This document shows positions 29,256 to 38,730 of a stretch of DNA of 64,000 nt, in pieces. This DNA comes from an uncultured Actinomycetes bacterium (GTDB lineage Bacteria > Actinomycetota > UBA4738 > HRBIN12), in assembly GCA_963704725.1 (NCBI GenBank), contig OY969934.1:1024001-1088000 (forward strand), written 5' to 3'. The stretch's first letter is position 1. Every line of letters starts with the position of its first letter. The notes under the pieces are model-generated. The model had not been told where the DNA came from, did not search any database, and was given only the letters and a program-made list of their open reading frames with translations. A program made the translations under genes and the position numbers.

Positions 29256-30408
29256 GGCCGAGGCCCTCGGGCGCCTCATCGGCTTCGGGCGCGAGCTCCG
29301 GCGCCGGGGCCTGAACGTCGGGACGGGCCGGATCGTCACCTTCTGCCGGGCGGCCGCCTCGTTCCGCGCCCTCGATCGCACCGACCTGTACTGGGCGGGG
29401 CGCTCCTGCCTGATCTCGCGGCCCGAGGACGGGGAGGCCTTCGACGCCGCGTTCGACGCGTGGTTCCGGGAGGGGGTCCGCATCGAGCTCGGCCTGGCCC
29501 CGGCCGGCCTGGAGCCCGGCGACCCAGGCCGGCGGGGGGGCGAGGGGCTCGAGGGCCTGGTCGTCGAGGAGGACCGCATCGTGGCGAAGGAGTGGCACGG
29601 GCTCGACGAGGACGAGGAGCCGGAGGGCGAGGCGGCCGTCCGGATCGTCGCCAGCGCGGTCGAGGTGCTGCGGGAGAAGTCGTTCGCCGACCTCTCGGAG
29701 GAGGAGCGGCAGCGGGTCGCACTGCTGATCCGGCGGCTCGCGGTGCGCGTCCCCACGCGCCGCACCCGTCGCCTCCGACCCGCGCCCTCGGGGTCGCGCT
29801 TCGACGTCAAGCGCACGCTCCGCCGGTCGCTCCGGACGCAGGGCGAGCCGTTCGACCGGGCGTGGCGGGCCCGGGGCACCCGCTCGCGCCCCCTCGTACT
29901 CATCCTCGACATCAGCGGCTCGATGGCGCCGTACGCGAGAGCCCTCCTGCAGTTCGCGTTCGCCGCCATGGTGGCCGGGCGGCGGGTCGAGGTCTTCTGC
30001 TTCGGCACCCGGCTCACGCGCGTCACGCGGACCCTCCGCACGAAGGACCCGGACCGCGCGATGCACGAGATCGGCCGGCTCGTCGCGGACTGGGAGGGTG
30101 GCACGCGCATCGGCGAATCGCTGAAGTCGCTCCTGGACGAGTGGAGCCAGCGGGCCGCGATCCGCGGCGCCGTCGCGGTGATCTGCTCGGACGGCCTCGA
30201 GCGCGGCGAGCCAGACCTGATGCGCGACCAGATGGCCAGGCTCCGCCGGCTCGTCCATCGGATCGTGTGGGTCAACCCGCTGAAGGGGAGCCCGCGCTAC
30301 GAGCCGCTCGCACGCGGCATGGCCGCGGCGCTGCCCTCGATCGACGTGTTCCTTCCCGGACACAACCTGGAGAGCCTCGAGGAGCTGTCGCGCACCCTCG
30401 GCGACTAG
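29239..30408 (+). CDS. coxE: vWA-domain protein (CoxE)
   Basis: DISGSM MIDAS motif, GGTRIG, SDGLERG, WVNP. Confidence 0.9.
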   Translation: MAASPEAEALGRLIGFGRELRRRGLNVGTGRIVTFCRAAASFRALDRTDLYWAGRSCLISRPEDGEAFDAAFDAWFREGVRIELGLAPAGLEPGDPGRRGGEGLEGLVVEEDRIVAKEWHGLDEDEEPEGEAAVRIVASAVEVLREKSFADLSEEERQRVALLIRRLAVRVPTRRTRRLRPAPSGSRFDVKRTLRRSLRTQGEPFDRAWRARGTRSRPLVLILDISGSMAPYARALLQFAFAAMVAGRRVEVFCFGTRLTRVTRTLRTKDPDRAMHEIGRLVADWEGGTRIGESLKSLLDEWSQRAAIRGAVAVICSDGLERGEPDLMRDQMARLRRLVHRIVWVNPLKGSPRYEPLARGMAAALPSIDVFLPGHNLESLEELSRTLGD

Positions 30409-30409
30409 C

Positions 30410-31243
30410 ATGCCCGCCGTGGACGGGCCCGAGGAACGGACCGGCCGGATCCGGCGGATGGGCCGGCTCACCGAGCCCGACGAGGAGGCGCTCCTCACCT
30501 ACGGCGGCTACCTGGCCGTCCCCGAGCTCCTCTCGCTCCAGCAACTGCGCTCGGACCCGCCCGTGCACGACGAGCTCCTGTTCATCGTGGTGCACCAGGC
30601 CTACGAGCTGTGGTTCAAGCAGCTGATCTTCGAGCTCGAGACGATCCGGAACCGGATGATCGAGGGTGACGGCGAGCGCGCCCGCCACTACCTCACGCGC
30701 GTCGCGGCGATCGAGCGTGTGCTGATCGAGCAGATCGGGGTGCTCCAGACGATGACCCCGCAGGACTTCCTCGAGTTTCGCTCGCTGCTCACGCCGGCCT
30801 CGGGCTTCCAGTCCGCGCAGTTCCGCGAGGTCGAGTTCGTCAGCGGCCTGAAGGACCGGAGGTACCTGCGCGACCTCGCCGGCACGGCCGAGGAGATGCG
30901 GCGCCTGTCCAGACGCCTCGACGAGCCGACGGTGTGGGACGGGTTCGTGGCGCTGCTCGAGCGCCGTGGGCTCCCCATGCCCGAGGACGACGTGGACGCG
31001 CGGATGCAGAGCCTGCTCCGGATGGCGCGCGAGCCGGTCCACGCCGGGCTGTTCGCCGTGGCCGAGGGGCTGCTCGACCACGACGAGTCGTTCGCCGAGT
31101 GGCGCTACCGTCACGTCCTGATGGTCGAGCGCGAGATCGGCGCCAAGCCCGGCACCGGCGGCTCGGCCGGCGTCGAGTACCTGCGATCCACGCTCACGAA
31201 GCGGTGTTTCCCCGAGCTCTGGGAGATCCGCTCGAACCTCTAG
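30410..31243 (+). CDS. kynA: Tryptophan 2,3-dioxygenase
   Basis: HDELLFIVVHQAYELWFK, SGFQSAQFRE, GTGGSAG. Confidence 0.93.
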   Translation: MPAVDGPEERTGRIRRMGRLTEPDEEALLTYGGYLAVPELLSLQQLRSDPPVHDELLFIVVHQAYELWFKQLIFELETIRNRMIEGDGERARHYLTRVAAIERVLIEQIGVLQTMTPQDFLEFRSLLTPASGFQSAQFREVEFVSGLKDRRYLRDLAGTAEEMRRLSRRLDEPTVWDGFVALLERRGLPMPEDDVDARMQSLLRMAREPVHAGLFAVAEGLLDHDESFAEWRYRHVLMVEREIGAKPGTGGSAGVEYLRSTLTKRCFPELWEIRSNL

Positions 31244-31998
31244 TCGGGTCCTCTCGCCGCGACGTAGGCGTCGATCAACTCCCGGAGACGTCCCCGGCCG
31301 AAAGAGTCGTCGTGGCCGCCGTGGACGATCCGCACGGGCAGGTCGCGCAGGCGGGCCATACTCCGGACGTAGTCGGCGACGTTCGACTCCGGCAGCTCGT
31401 CGAGGAGCACCCCACTCTCGTAGACGCAGTCGCCGGAGAACAGCGTGGCCGTCTCCGACTCCCACAGGCCGAGCTCGCCGGGCGTGTGCCCGGGCAGGTG
31501 CAGGACGACGAACCGGCGGTCGCCGAGATCGATCTCGTCGCCCTCGTCGACGACGCGGGTGGGGGCGACGGGCTCGACGCGGTAGGTCGCGAGGTCGAAC
31601 CCCTCGTGCGGCACCGCGGTCAGCAGTGACGGCGGCGCCTCGTACCCGGAGAGCTCCTCGGGCGGGTAGTCCTCGATCACCAGGCTGGCGAACCCTTCGG
31701 CCCGGGCCACCGCCTCGGCGTCGTCGCGATGGACGACCACCTCGTCGAACTCGTGGAGGCCGCCGGTGTGGTCGAAGTGCCGGTGCGTGGCCACGGCGAC
31801 GACGGGTCGTTCGAACAGGTCGGTGAGCTCGGTCCGTAGCGACGCGATCCCGAGGCCGGCGTCGACGAGGAGGTCGCGGTCGAGCCCGCGGACCAGGTAG
31901 AGGTTGGCGCGCAGGAACGGGTCGACGTGCGGCTCGGTGATGCGGACGACGCCGTCGTCGACGGTCTCATGCTCGAACCATCGTTCCGCGACCTGCAT
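31240..31998 (-). CDS. MBL-fold metallo-hydrolase
   Basis: THRHFDHTGG, PGHTPG, SGD, GGH. Confidence 0.9.
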   Translation of the reverse strand: MQVAERWFEHETVDDGVVRITEPHVDPFLRANLYLVRGLDRDLLVDAGLGIASLRTELTDLFERPVVAVATHRHFDHTGGLHEFDEVVVHRDDAEAVARAEGFASLVIEDYPPEELSGYEAPPSLLTAVPHEGFDLATYRVEPVAPTRVVDEGDEIDLGDRRFVVLHLPGHTPGELGLWESETATLFSGDCVYESGVLLDELPESNVADYVRSMARLRDLPVRIVHGGHDDSFGRGRLRELIDAYVAARGPD

Positions 31999-32067
31999 GT
32001 GAGGAGCTTGACGCATCGCGCCCCCGCGGGATAGGACCGATGCCTGGCGACGACGGAAGGAGCGGTC

Positions 32068-32448
32068 ATGGCCACGGACCTGTCGATCTCGGTCGGCGAC
32101 GAGCCCGGTGGACTCGCGGGTGCGGCGGAGGCGCTGGGCGCCGCGGGGGTGAACATCGAGGGCCTCGCGGGGCTCGGCGGCGGAGGCACGGGGCACATCC
32201 ACCTGCTCGTCGAGGACGCGGTCGCCGCCCGCGGTGCGCTGGAGGGCGCGGGGTTCTCGGTCGACGGCGAGCGCGAGGCGGTGGTGCTCGACGTCTCCGG
32301 TGAGGATCGCCCGGGCAAGCTCGGCGAGCTGGCGCGGGCCGCGGCGGACGCCGGCGTCAACCTCACGGCGTGCTACGCCGCGACGAGGTCGCGCGTGGTG
32401 TTCGTGGCCGACGACGCCGCCGCGCTCCGCTCGGCGCTCGGCGCTTAG
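32068..32448 (+). CDS. Tandem ACT-domain protein
   Basis: DEPGGLA...GVNIE and DRPGKLG...GVNL. Confidence 0.85.
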   Translation: MATDLSISVGDEPGGLAGAAEALGAAGVNIEGLAGLGGGGTGHIHLLVEDAVAARGALEGAGFSVDGEREAVVLDVSGEDRPGKLGELARAAADAGVNLTACYAATRSRVVFVADDAAALRSALGA

Positions 32449-33779
32449 GGCCCGGACCGGTAGGCGCGGTCCAGGAGTTCGATGGGGTGGACGACGTCCA
32501 CCCGTGAGCCGAGCTCGCGGAGCCCGGACGCGATCTGCATCGTGCACCCGGGGTTGGCGCTCGCCACGGTCGTGACGCCGGTCGCGAGCACAGCCTCGGC
32601 CTTCGAGCTCCGAAGGCGCGAGGACGTCTCGGGCTCGAGCACGTTGTAGAGGCCGGCCGCGCCGCAGCACACGTCGCCGCCCTCCAGGTCGACCACCTCG
32701 AGCCCGGGGATCGACCGGAGGACGGCCCGCGGCTGCTCCCGGATGTGCTGCGCCCGGAGCGCGTGGCACGCGTCGTGGTACGCGACGCGTTCGATCCCAG
32801 CTCCCGAGGAGGGTGGTTCGACGCCCTGCTCGGCCAGGAACTCCATCACGTCGCGGATCTTGCCGCCGAACGCTCGGGCGTCGTCGGTCCCCAGGAGGTC
32901 GCCGATGTCCTTCAGGTGGGCGCCGCAGCCGGCCGCGTTCACGACCACGACGTCGGCGTCCGCGAACGCCCTCCGGTTGCGCTCGGCGAGCCGGGCCGCC
33001 GTGTCGAGGTGGCCGTAGTGCGCGCTCAGCGCGCCGCAGCAGACCTGGGTCCGGGGGACGGTGACCCGCCAGCCGTTGCGCGCCAGGACCCGGATCGTGG
33101 CGCGGTTCACCTCGCGGTACCAGCGATCCTGGACGCAACCGGAGAGCAGGGCGACCGTGCCCCTGGCCTCGCCCTGGGGCTCCGTCACCCGGGGGAGCCG
33201 CCGGAACAGCTCCGACCGCTTGGGGACCAGCCGCCGTACGCGCTTCGGCATGAACGCCACGCCGATCGGCTGGAGCGTGGCCGCCAGCCAGAGCAGCTTC
33301 TTCCGGGGCAGCGCGAGGTCGAGCCCCAGGCGCCGGATCACGCGGGCGCGACCCGTCCGCAGCGGCTCGGTCTGAACGCGGGCGCGCTCCATCATCCGGC
33401 CGAACGGCACGTGGCTGGGGCACACGTCCTCGCACGCCCGGCAGGACAGGCAGAGATCCATGAACCCGGAGAACGTGGCGTCCACCTCGGCCACGCCCTC
33501 GTGCACGGAGCGCATCGCGGCGATGCGCCCTCGCGGCGAGGCCGACTCCTCGCCGGTCAACCGGTACGTCGGACAGTGGGGGAGGCAGAGGCCGCACGCC
33601 ACGCAGCTCGAGAGGTCGGCGTCGGTCGGAGCCTGCCCCGGGATCGGCCATCGGGGCTCGGCGCCGGGCAGGGGTCCGACGAACCGCGCTCCCTCCGGCA
33701 GCTCGCCGCCGATCGGCGGCTCGGCGTCCCCCTCGCGACGGTCGGTGAGCACGCCCGGCATCCTCTCACCCTCGCGCAT
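32445..33779 (-). CDS. glcF: Glycolate oxidase Fe-S subunit (GlcF-like)
   Basis: Two CxxCxxCxxxCP motifs, two CCG domains, YHDACH, ANPGC. Confidence 0.88.
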   Translation of the reverse strand: MREGERMPGVLTDRREGDAEPPIGGELPEGARFVGPLPGAEPRWPIPGQAPTDADLSSCVACGLCLPHCPTYRLTGEESASPRGRIAAMRSVHEGVAEVDATFSGFMDLCLSCRACEDVCPSHVPFGRMMERARVQTEPLRTGRARVIRRLGLDLALPRKKLLWLAATLQPIGVAFMPKRVRRLVPKRSELFRRLPRVTEPQGEARGTVALLSGCVQDRWYREVNRATIRVLARNGWRVTVPRTQVCCGALSAHYGHLDTAARLAERNRRAFADADVVVVNAAGCGAHLKDIGDLLGTDDARAFGGKIRDVMEFLAEQGVEPPSSGAGIERVAYHDACHALRAQHIREQPRAVLRSIPGLEVVDLEGGDVCCGAAGLYNVLEPETSSRLRSSKAEAVLATGVTTVASANPGCTMQIASGLRELGSRVDVVHPIELLDRAYRSGP

Positions 33780-33806
33780 CGTGGGCGGGAGCCCCGAACC
33801 CGCACC

Positions 33807-34195
33807 GCTATCATCGCGCGATCGTGATCGAGCCCAGGATCTCGGCCAAGGCCGGCTCCTTCACCGAGTCGGTGATCCGCGGGATGACGCGGCTCGCGAC
33901 CCTGCACGGCGCGATCAACCTGGGGCAGGGGTTCCCCGACTTCCCGGCGCCGAGCGAGGTGAAGGAGGCCGCCCGGCGCGCCATCGCCGAGGACCACAAC
34001 CAGTACCCGATCACCTGGGGCACCGCGGAGCTGCGGACCGCGATCGCCGGGCACTACGAGCGGTGGTACGGGATGCACCTCGACCCCGAGACCGAGGTCT
34101 GCGTCACGTGCGGCTCGACCGAGGCGATGATCGTCTCCATGCTGGCGACGCTCGATCCCGGCGACGAGATCGTGCTCTTCGAGCCGTTCTACGAG
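33807..34195 (+). repeat. Left (host) copy of a ~390-bp diverged direct repeat: promoter and 5' end of the aminotransferase gene
   Basis: Matches 44555-44942, from GCTATCATC through TACGAG. Confidence 0.95.
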
Positions 34196-34219
34196 TACAA
34201 GGTGCGTTTCCTGCGATAG
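33824..34219 (+). pseudogene. Original 5' part of a class I/II aminotransferase (YbdL/kynurenine-aminotransferase-like), cut off by the insertion
   Basis: AINLGQGFPDF, NQY, GSTEA, DPGDEIVLFEPFYE, then 7 element-derived codons and TAG. Confidence 0.9.
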
Positions 34220-34250
34220 GCTGTCCTCCTCAGGCGAGAGGAGGCCAAGC

Positions 34251-35537
34251 ATGAGGGTAGCGATCTACCTGCGGATCTCGAACGACCCGTCTGGCAAGGC
34301 GGCCGGGGTCCGGCGTCAGGAGGATGAGTGCCGGGCGCTCGCGAACGCTCGCGGCTGGGACGTGGCCGAGGTCTTCACCGACAACGACGTTCGCGCGACC
34401 GCCCGGAAGCGCCCCGGCTTCGACGCGCTCATGGCGGCGATCAGGGATGGCCGAGTGGACGCCGTCGTGGCGTGGAAGGATGACCGGCTCCTGCGCGGCG
34501 GTCGGTCTCGGTGGGCACACGACTTCCTCGCGCTGATCCGCGAGCGGCGGACGTCCGTCGTCTTCGTGAACGGAGACGCTTGGGACTTCTCAACCGCGGG
34601 CGGTCGGATGCTCGTCGAGGTCCGCCTCGCGGTCGCCGGGTACGAGGTCGAGGTCGCGGGTGAGCGGCAGGAGGCGCGCTGGCGCCAGCGGAAGGCGGAC
34701 GGCAAGCTGGTCACGCTCGGGCGTCGACCCTTCGGACTCGAGCGCAGGGGCGACCGGATGGTCGAGGTCAGGCGAGAGGCCAACGCGATCCGTCGTGCCG
34801 CCCGCGACCTGATCGCCGGGCACAGCCTCTACGCCGTGACGAAGGCGATCGGGATGCCGACCCCGTACGGCCGGGAGTGGCACCCGCAGAACGTCCGCCG
34901 GATGATCACGAGCGACCACCTCGTCACGTGGGGCATCCTCGACGAGGACACGTTCAAGCTCGTCGTCGCCAGGCTCGCGGTCCAGCCACCGCGCGGGCCG
35001 GGACGCCCTCGTCGCAAGTACGCGCTTGGCGGGCTCGTCTACTGCGGCGTGTGCGGCGAGAAGATGTCGGCAGGGTCAGGGAGCTTCACCTGCCAGAACA
35101 TCCGGTGCGCCAAGGTCGGCATCAAGTCGGACCGGCTCGATCAGTTCGTCTTCGAGCAGCTAGCGGGGCGGCTGCCCGACGACCCCGAGCCGACCCCCGA
35201 GCCGACCCCGGACCAGAGCGCGACCCTGCGGGAGCTCACCGAGGTCGAGGACCGGATCACGGCGCTCGCGGAGAACCTCGACCTCTCGGAGGCCGTGCTC
35301 GCCAAGCGTGTGGGTGCGCTGGAGGCCAGGCGAGGCGAGCTCATGGAGCTGCTCGGCCGGTCCCCCGAGTGGACGCCCCCGCAGTTCTTCCGTCAGTGGG
35401 CCGAGGCAGGGTTCCCGCCCCTCGACGAGACGGACCGCGAGACGCTCGGCGAGCTGATCGAGCGCGTCACGGTCAGGCCTGCCCCCCGGGGTCGCTGGAC
35501 CCCGACGGGCGAGCGGGTCGAGATCACCTGGCGCTGA
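34251..35537 (+). CDS. Large serine recombinase (integrase)
   Basis: YLRIS catalytic Ser, RPGF, DRLLR, GRRPFG, Zn ribbon CGVCG..CQNIRC, coiled coil; GAGGAGG RBS. Confidence 0.95.
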   Translation: MRVAIYLRISNDPSGKAAGVRRQEDECRALANARGWDVAEVFTDNDVRATARKRPGFDALMAAIRDGRVDAVVAWKDDRLLRGGRSRWAHDFLALIRERRTSVVFVNGDAWDFSTAGGRMLVEVRLAVAGYEVEVAGERQEARWRQRKADGKLVTLGRRPFGLERRGDRMVEVRREANAIRRAARDLIAGHSLYAVTKAIGMPTPYGREWHPQNVRRMITSDHLVTWGILDEDTFKLVVARLAVQPPRGPGRPRRKYALGGLVYCGVCGEKMSAGSGSFTCQNIRCAKVGIKSDRLDQFVFEQLAGRLPDDPEPTPEPTPDQSATLRELTEVEDRITALAENLDLSEAVLAKRVGALEARRGELMELLGRSPEWTPPQFFRQWAEAGFPPLDETDRETLGELIERVTVRPAPRGRWTPTGERVEITWR

Positions 35538-35800
35538 CAGCGTCTACGGGTGAGGACCCCCCGTCCGAGGCAATCACGCCATGTTCCGTTCTCCGGCGAT
35601 TAGACGGCAGATACGCCGTTCTATCGGCCTGACCTAGGCACGCGTTCTCGAACGGTCGGGTTTCGCCGAGGCAGAACCGCTCCGAGCCCGTGGATCCTCT
35701 CTGACCTGCTGAAACGCCATAGGACGGCAAGCGATCTCGGCGATATGTTCCTCCCGGCCGCAACTCACAGGGGTTGCGCCAGGACGGAGAGGAGGGCGAG

Positions 35801-36034
35801 ATGCCCTGGACCGAGCTGGAGAAGCCGGACAAGTGCCCACGCTGCGGGAAGAAGCGGGTCGCCGTCTACTCGACGCCCGCCCTCCCCGACAAGGTGCACC
35901 CGATCTGCCGGGTCTGCGACGCGGAGACGCGGGCCGCCCGGAAGGCCGCGAAGCCTACGCCGAAGCCGAAGCCGGCTGCCCGGAAAGCCCCGGCCGCCAA
36001 GCGCAGTCGCTCGACCAAGGGCGCGGCCGCCTAA
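35801..36034 (+). CDS. Small zinc-ribbon protein with Lys/Ala/Pro-rich tail
   Basis: CPRC..CRVC, then ARKAAKPTPKPKPAARKAPAAK; GAGGAGG RBS. Confidence 0.7.
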   Translation: MPWTELEKPDKCPRCGKKRVAVYSTPALPDKVHPICRVCDAETRAARKAAKPTPKPKPAARKAPAAKRSRSTKGAAA

Positions 36035-36054
36035 CTCACATCACAGCAGCGACC

Positions 36055-36088
36055 ACGAGGAGCCCGGCCTAATGGTCGGGCTTCTCGT
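36055..36088. terminator. Hairpin between convergent genes
   Basis: ACGAGGAGCCCGGCC-taat-GGTCGGGCTTCTCGT. Confidence 0.6.
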
Positions 36089-36132
36089 CATGAGACGGGG
36101 CCTCGGCCCTTGGGCACGCCGGAATGCCGGTA

Positions 36133-36525
36133 CTAGCTGTGCGGCGTTCGATGCCGCCCAAGATAGACGGCGATCCCGGCTGAACCACTGGGGAGCCGGC
36201 CGCCTTCCACGTACTCCATGAACTCAGTCGACGAGATGTCGAGGTCGTACCCGTTGAGCCGATAGAAGGCATACAGAGCGAGAACCGCCGTTTGCTTGTT
36301 CATCCGAGCAAACGGCTGCTTCTCGAGCAGGGAGTCGAGGAGGACGGCGCCCCGTTCGTCGACGGAATCCGGGTAGAACTCAACCTTCCCCTGGTGCCGT
36401 TCGACGGCTGCAACGAGCTGCTTCCAGTCGAGCCCGCCCATACCCGCATCGGGATCGCCGACGGACCGATCGCCGGTCAGCGCGCGGTTCTGCCGAACGA
36501 GGTCAGAGGTCTGGATGTATTGCAC
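36133..36525 (-). CDS. Fic/Doc-family protein with degenerate active site
   Basis: Doc-like size and layout; QPFARMNKQTA in place of HPFxDGNKRTA; FYRLNGY. Confidence 0.75.
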   Translation of the reverse strand: MQYIQTSDLVRQNRALTGDRSVGDPDAGMGGLDWKQLVAAVERHQGKVEFYPDSVDERGAVLLDSLLEKQPFARMNKQTAVLALYAFYRLNGYDLDISSTEFMEYVEGGRLPSGSAGIAVYLGRHRTPHS

Positions 36526-36569
36526 GGCGAAACCTTCTACCGTGCAGGCTTCGTCGTGGCAAGTTCGGG

Positions 36570-36842
36570 TTAGGGCGACAGCTTGTCGAGCAAGGCGTGG
36601 AAACGATCCTTGCCCTCGTCGAAGAACCTATCCACCTCTGCCCGGTGGGACTCAGCGGACACGAAGTCGATCAACGCCGCTGTAACAACGGCGTTCGCGC
36701 TCATGTCCAGGGCTCGGGCGCAGGCGTTCACGGCATCCCAGAGGTCCCCTGGGACCCGGATCGACGTGTGAGCAATCACGCCGCCCGTCTGGGCAGCCAG
36801 CGCCTCAGCGAGGTCTGTGAGCTTCTCCGCTCTTGCGGCCAT
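36570..36842 (-). CDS. Ribbon-helix-helix antitoxin-like protein
   Basis: TSIRVPGDLWDAVNACARALDMSANAVVTAAL; C-terminal FHALLDKL; directly upstream of the Doc-like gene. Confidence 0.7.
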   Translation of the reverse strand: MAARAEKLTDLAEALAAQTGGVIAHTSIRVPGDLWDAVNACARALDMSANAVVTAALIDFVSAESHRAEVDRFFDEGKDRFHALLDKLSP

Positions 36843-36864
36843 TTCGCACCTCCTGTCCGGGTGA

Positions 36865-36884
36865 CACCATGGCACCATGATGCC
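36865..36884. promoter_or_regulatory. Putative autoregulatory operator of the RHH/Doc operon
   Basis: CACCATG x2 and the near-palindrome GGCACCATGATGCC just upstream of the RHH gene. Confidence 0.4.
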
Positions 36885-36987
36885 CAAACGTCAATGGTTT
36901 CAATCGGCCGGGAGCCGCCCCAGCTTGAGGCTGTTACGCTCTACGAGCGTAACCAGCACCAAATCCCCAGGTCAGAGGCAATGTCAG

Positions 36988-37061
36988 ACCCGGCGAGTAC
37001 GCTCCGGGGCGCGGCCTCCCGACCGATCAAAGCAGGGCGCCCCGGAGCGTACTCGCCGGGT
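36988..37061. repeat. Perfect 25-bp inverted repeat with 24-nt spacer
   Basis: ACCCGGCGAGTACGCTCCGGGGCGC (36988-37012) and its exact reverse complement (37037-37061). Confidence 0.92.
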
Positions 37062-37192
37062 GACGGCGCGGGCTCTTAAGTTCATCCGACCATTCGGATA
37101 CGGCACCAAGGTAGTCCGGACTCGGCTCTCAACCCCTGGCGCAACACTTGGCACAGGGGGGAACCGTCGGTCTGGCCGTCTACGATCTCGGC

Positions 37193-38003
37193 ATGGGATT
37201 CCCGTCGCCTCCCCCGAACCTGGATCCAATTCTCGCGAGGCTGGACGCCCTGGCCAAACCGCATCCCGACCTGGAGCCCGAGCAGGAGGAGCTGCTGGCG
37301 GGAATAGTCGAGGACGATGCAGGGCCCCGCGGGATCGGCGTCACCCGTTCATCCTGGTGACGACGTTCGACGGCACCTCGCTCATTGGGCCGACCTCCGA
37401 AATCACCTCTGTTGTTCCGGCAGACCTGCATGCTCTCCAGGACGAAGGGCTCCTTCGCGGCAGCATCAGCCTCGACGGCTCGGAGACGTTCGAGATCACG
37501 ACGACGGCCGCGCCCACTACGCCTGGATGAAGGAGCGGGACGGCGAGCCCGGCTCGGATTGAAGCGGAGATCCGACATCTGATCGAGAGTCCGGGCTTTC
37601 AGGCACGGCACGTGGGCGCCTTCGCCCGGTGGAGAGAGGCCGAGGCCGCGCTGTGGAGCGCCGAATCGGTAGCCGAGTTCACGACATTGGCCACACCTGC
37701 CGCGAGGCAGTCCAGCTGTTCATCACCGACCTCGTCGAGCGGCACCGGCCCGCCGCCATCGAGCCCGATCCGCAGAAGACGGTTGCCCGCTTGAAGACGA
37801 TCCTGGCAACGGTCGATCTCCCCACCGCGGTCGCCGCGTTCCTGAGTGCGCTCCTCGCGTACTTCGGCACGGTGAACGACCTCGTGCAGCGCCAGGAGCA
37901 CGGGGCGCAGAAACAGGGCGACCCGCTCACGTGGGAGGACGCGCGACGCGTCGTCTTCCACTGTGGGCTCGTGATGTACGAACTCGACCGGGCGCTCGTG
38001 TAG
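37193..38003 (+). pseudogene. Multiply frameshifted gene, possibly with an Abi/HEPN-like C-terminus
   Basis: Protein-like segments continue across about four frame changes (~37325, 37505, 37553, 37687) and end in LVQRQEHG...WEDARRVV. Confidence 0.6.
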
Positions 38004-38005
38004 CG

Positions 38006-38722
38006 ATGTGGGACCCGCCCGCGATCCCGACCCAAGACCGGGTCGAGGTCGTCGACGAGACCCTCAACCACCTATGCGGCTGGTGCGGACAGTCGGCGTG
38101 GTTCCGGCTCCGCGCGGCGGCGTGGGCCGGGTTCCACTCCATCCCGACGGGTCGCGGACTTGACTACTTCCCCCGACTCGCCGCCATCTACCAGTGCGGC
38201 GGCTGCCAGAACGCAAGCCTCCTGGTCTGGATCACCTACGCGTCAAGCTCCCGTGCTGGCCGGAGGCTCGGTCGCCTGGAGCACACCTGGCCCTCCGGTC
38301 GCGCGCTGGAGATGGAGGACTTGCCCCACGCCGAGGTGCAGGCCGACCGCCTGGAGGCGTGGAACTGCTTCCTCCAAGACCAGCACCGGGCCGCGGTCCT
38401 GATGGCGCGCTCCGCGCTCCAGCGCGCAGTGCGTGCCCTGCTCGCCCACGAGGACGGCACCGTGGACGAGGCAGATAAGGGAACGCTGTTCAGTGAGCTG
38501 AACCTCCTAGTGGAGCGGGCTGTGATAACGGCACAGCTCCGGGCGAACGCGGACGAAGTGCGCATCTCCGGGAACGACGCCGCCCACCCTGAGGAGCTCG
38601 GTGCCGTGTCTCGCGAGGATGCGGAGGACAGCCTCAGATTCCTCGACGACTTCCTCGAGACAACGATGGCCGTTCCCGCGCGCCAGCGCGCCAGACGCGA
38701 ACGTCGCGAGTCCGAGAAGTAG
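38006..38722 (+). CDS. DUF4145 (HEPN-like) protein with N-terminal Zn finger
   Basis: CGWC..CGGC, AAVLMARSALQ, RISGNDAAH. Confidence 0.85.
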   Translation: MWDPPAIPTQDRVEVVDETLNHLCGWCGQSAWFRLRAAAWAGFHSIPTGRGLDYFPRLAAIYQCGGCQNASLLVWITYASSSRAGRRLGRLEHTWPSGRALEMEDLPHAEVQADRLEAWNCFLQDQHRAAVLMARSALQRAVRALLAHEDGTVDEADKGTLFSELNLLVERAVITAQLRANADEVRISGNDAAHPEELGAVSREDAEDSLRFLDDFLETTMAVPARQRARRERRESEK

Positions 38723-38730
38723 ATCGGGGA

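Noticed and set aside
36988-37061. Inverted repeat as a retron RNA or IS end
   Set aside because: No reverse transcriptase or transposase in the element and no target duplication seen.
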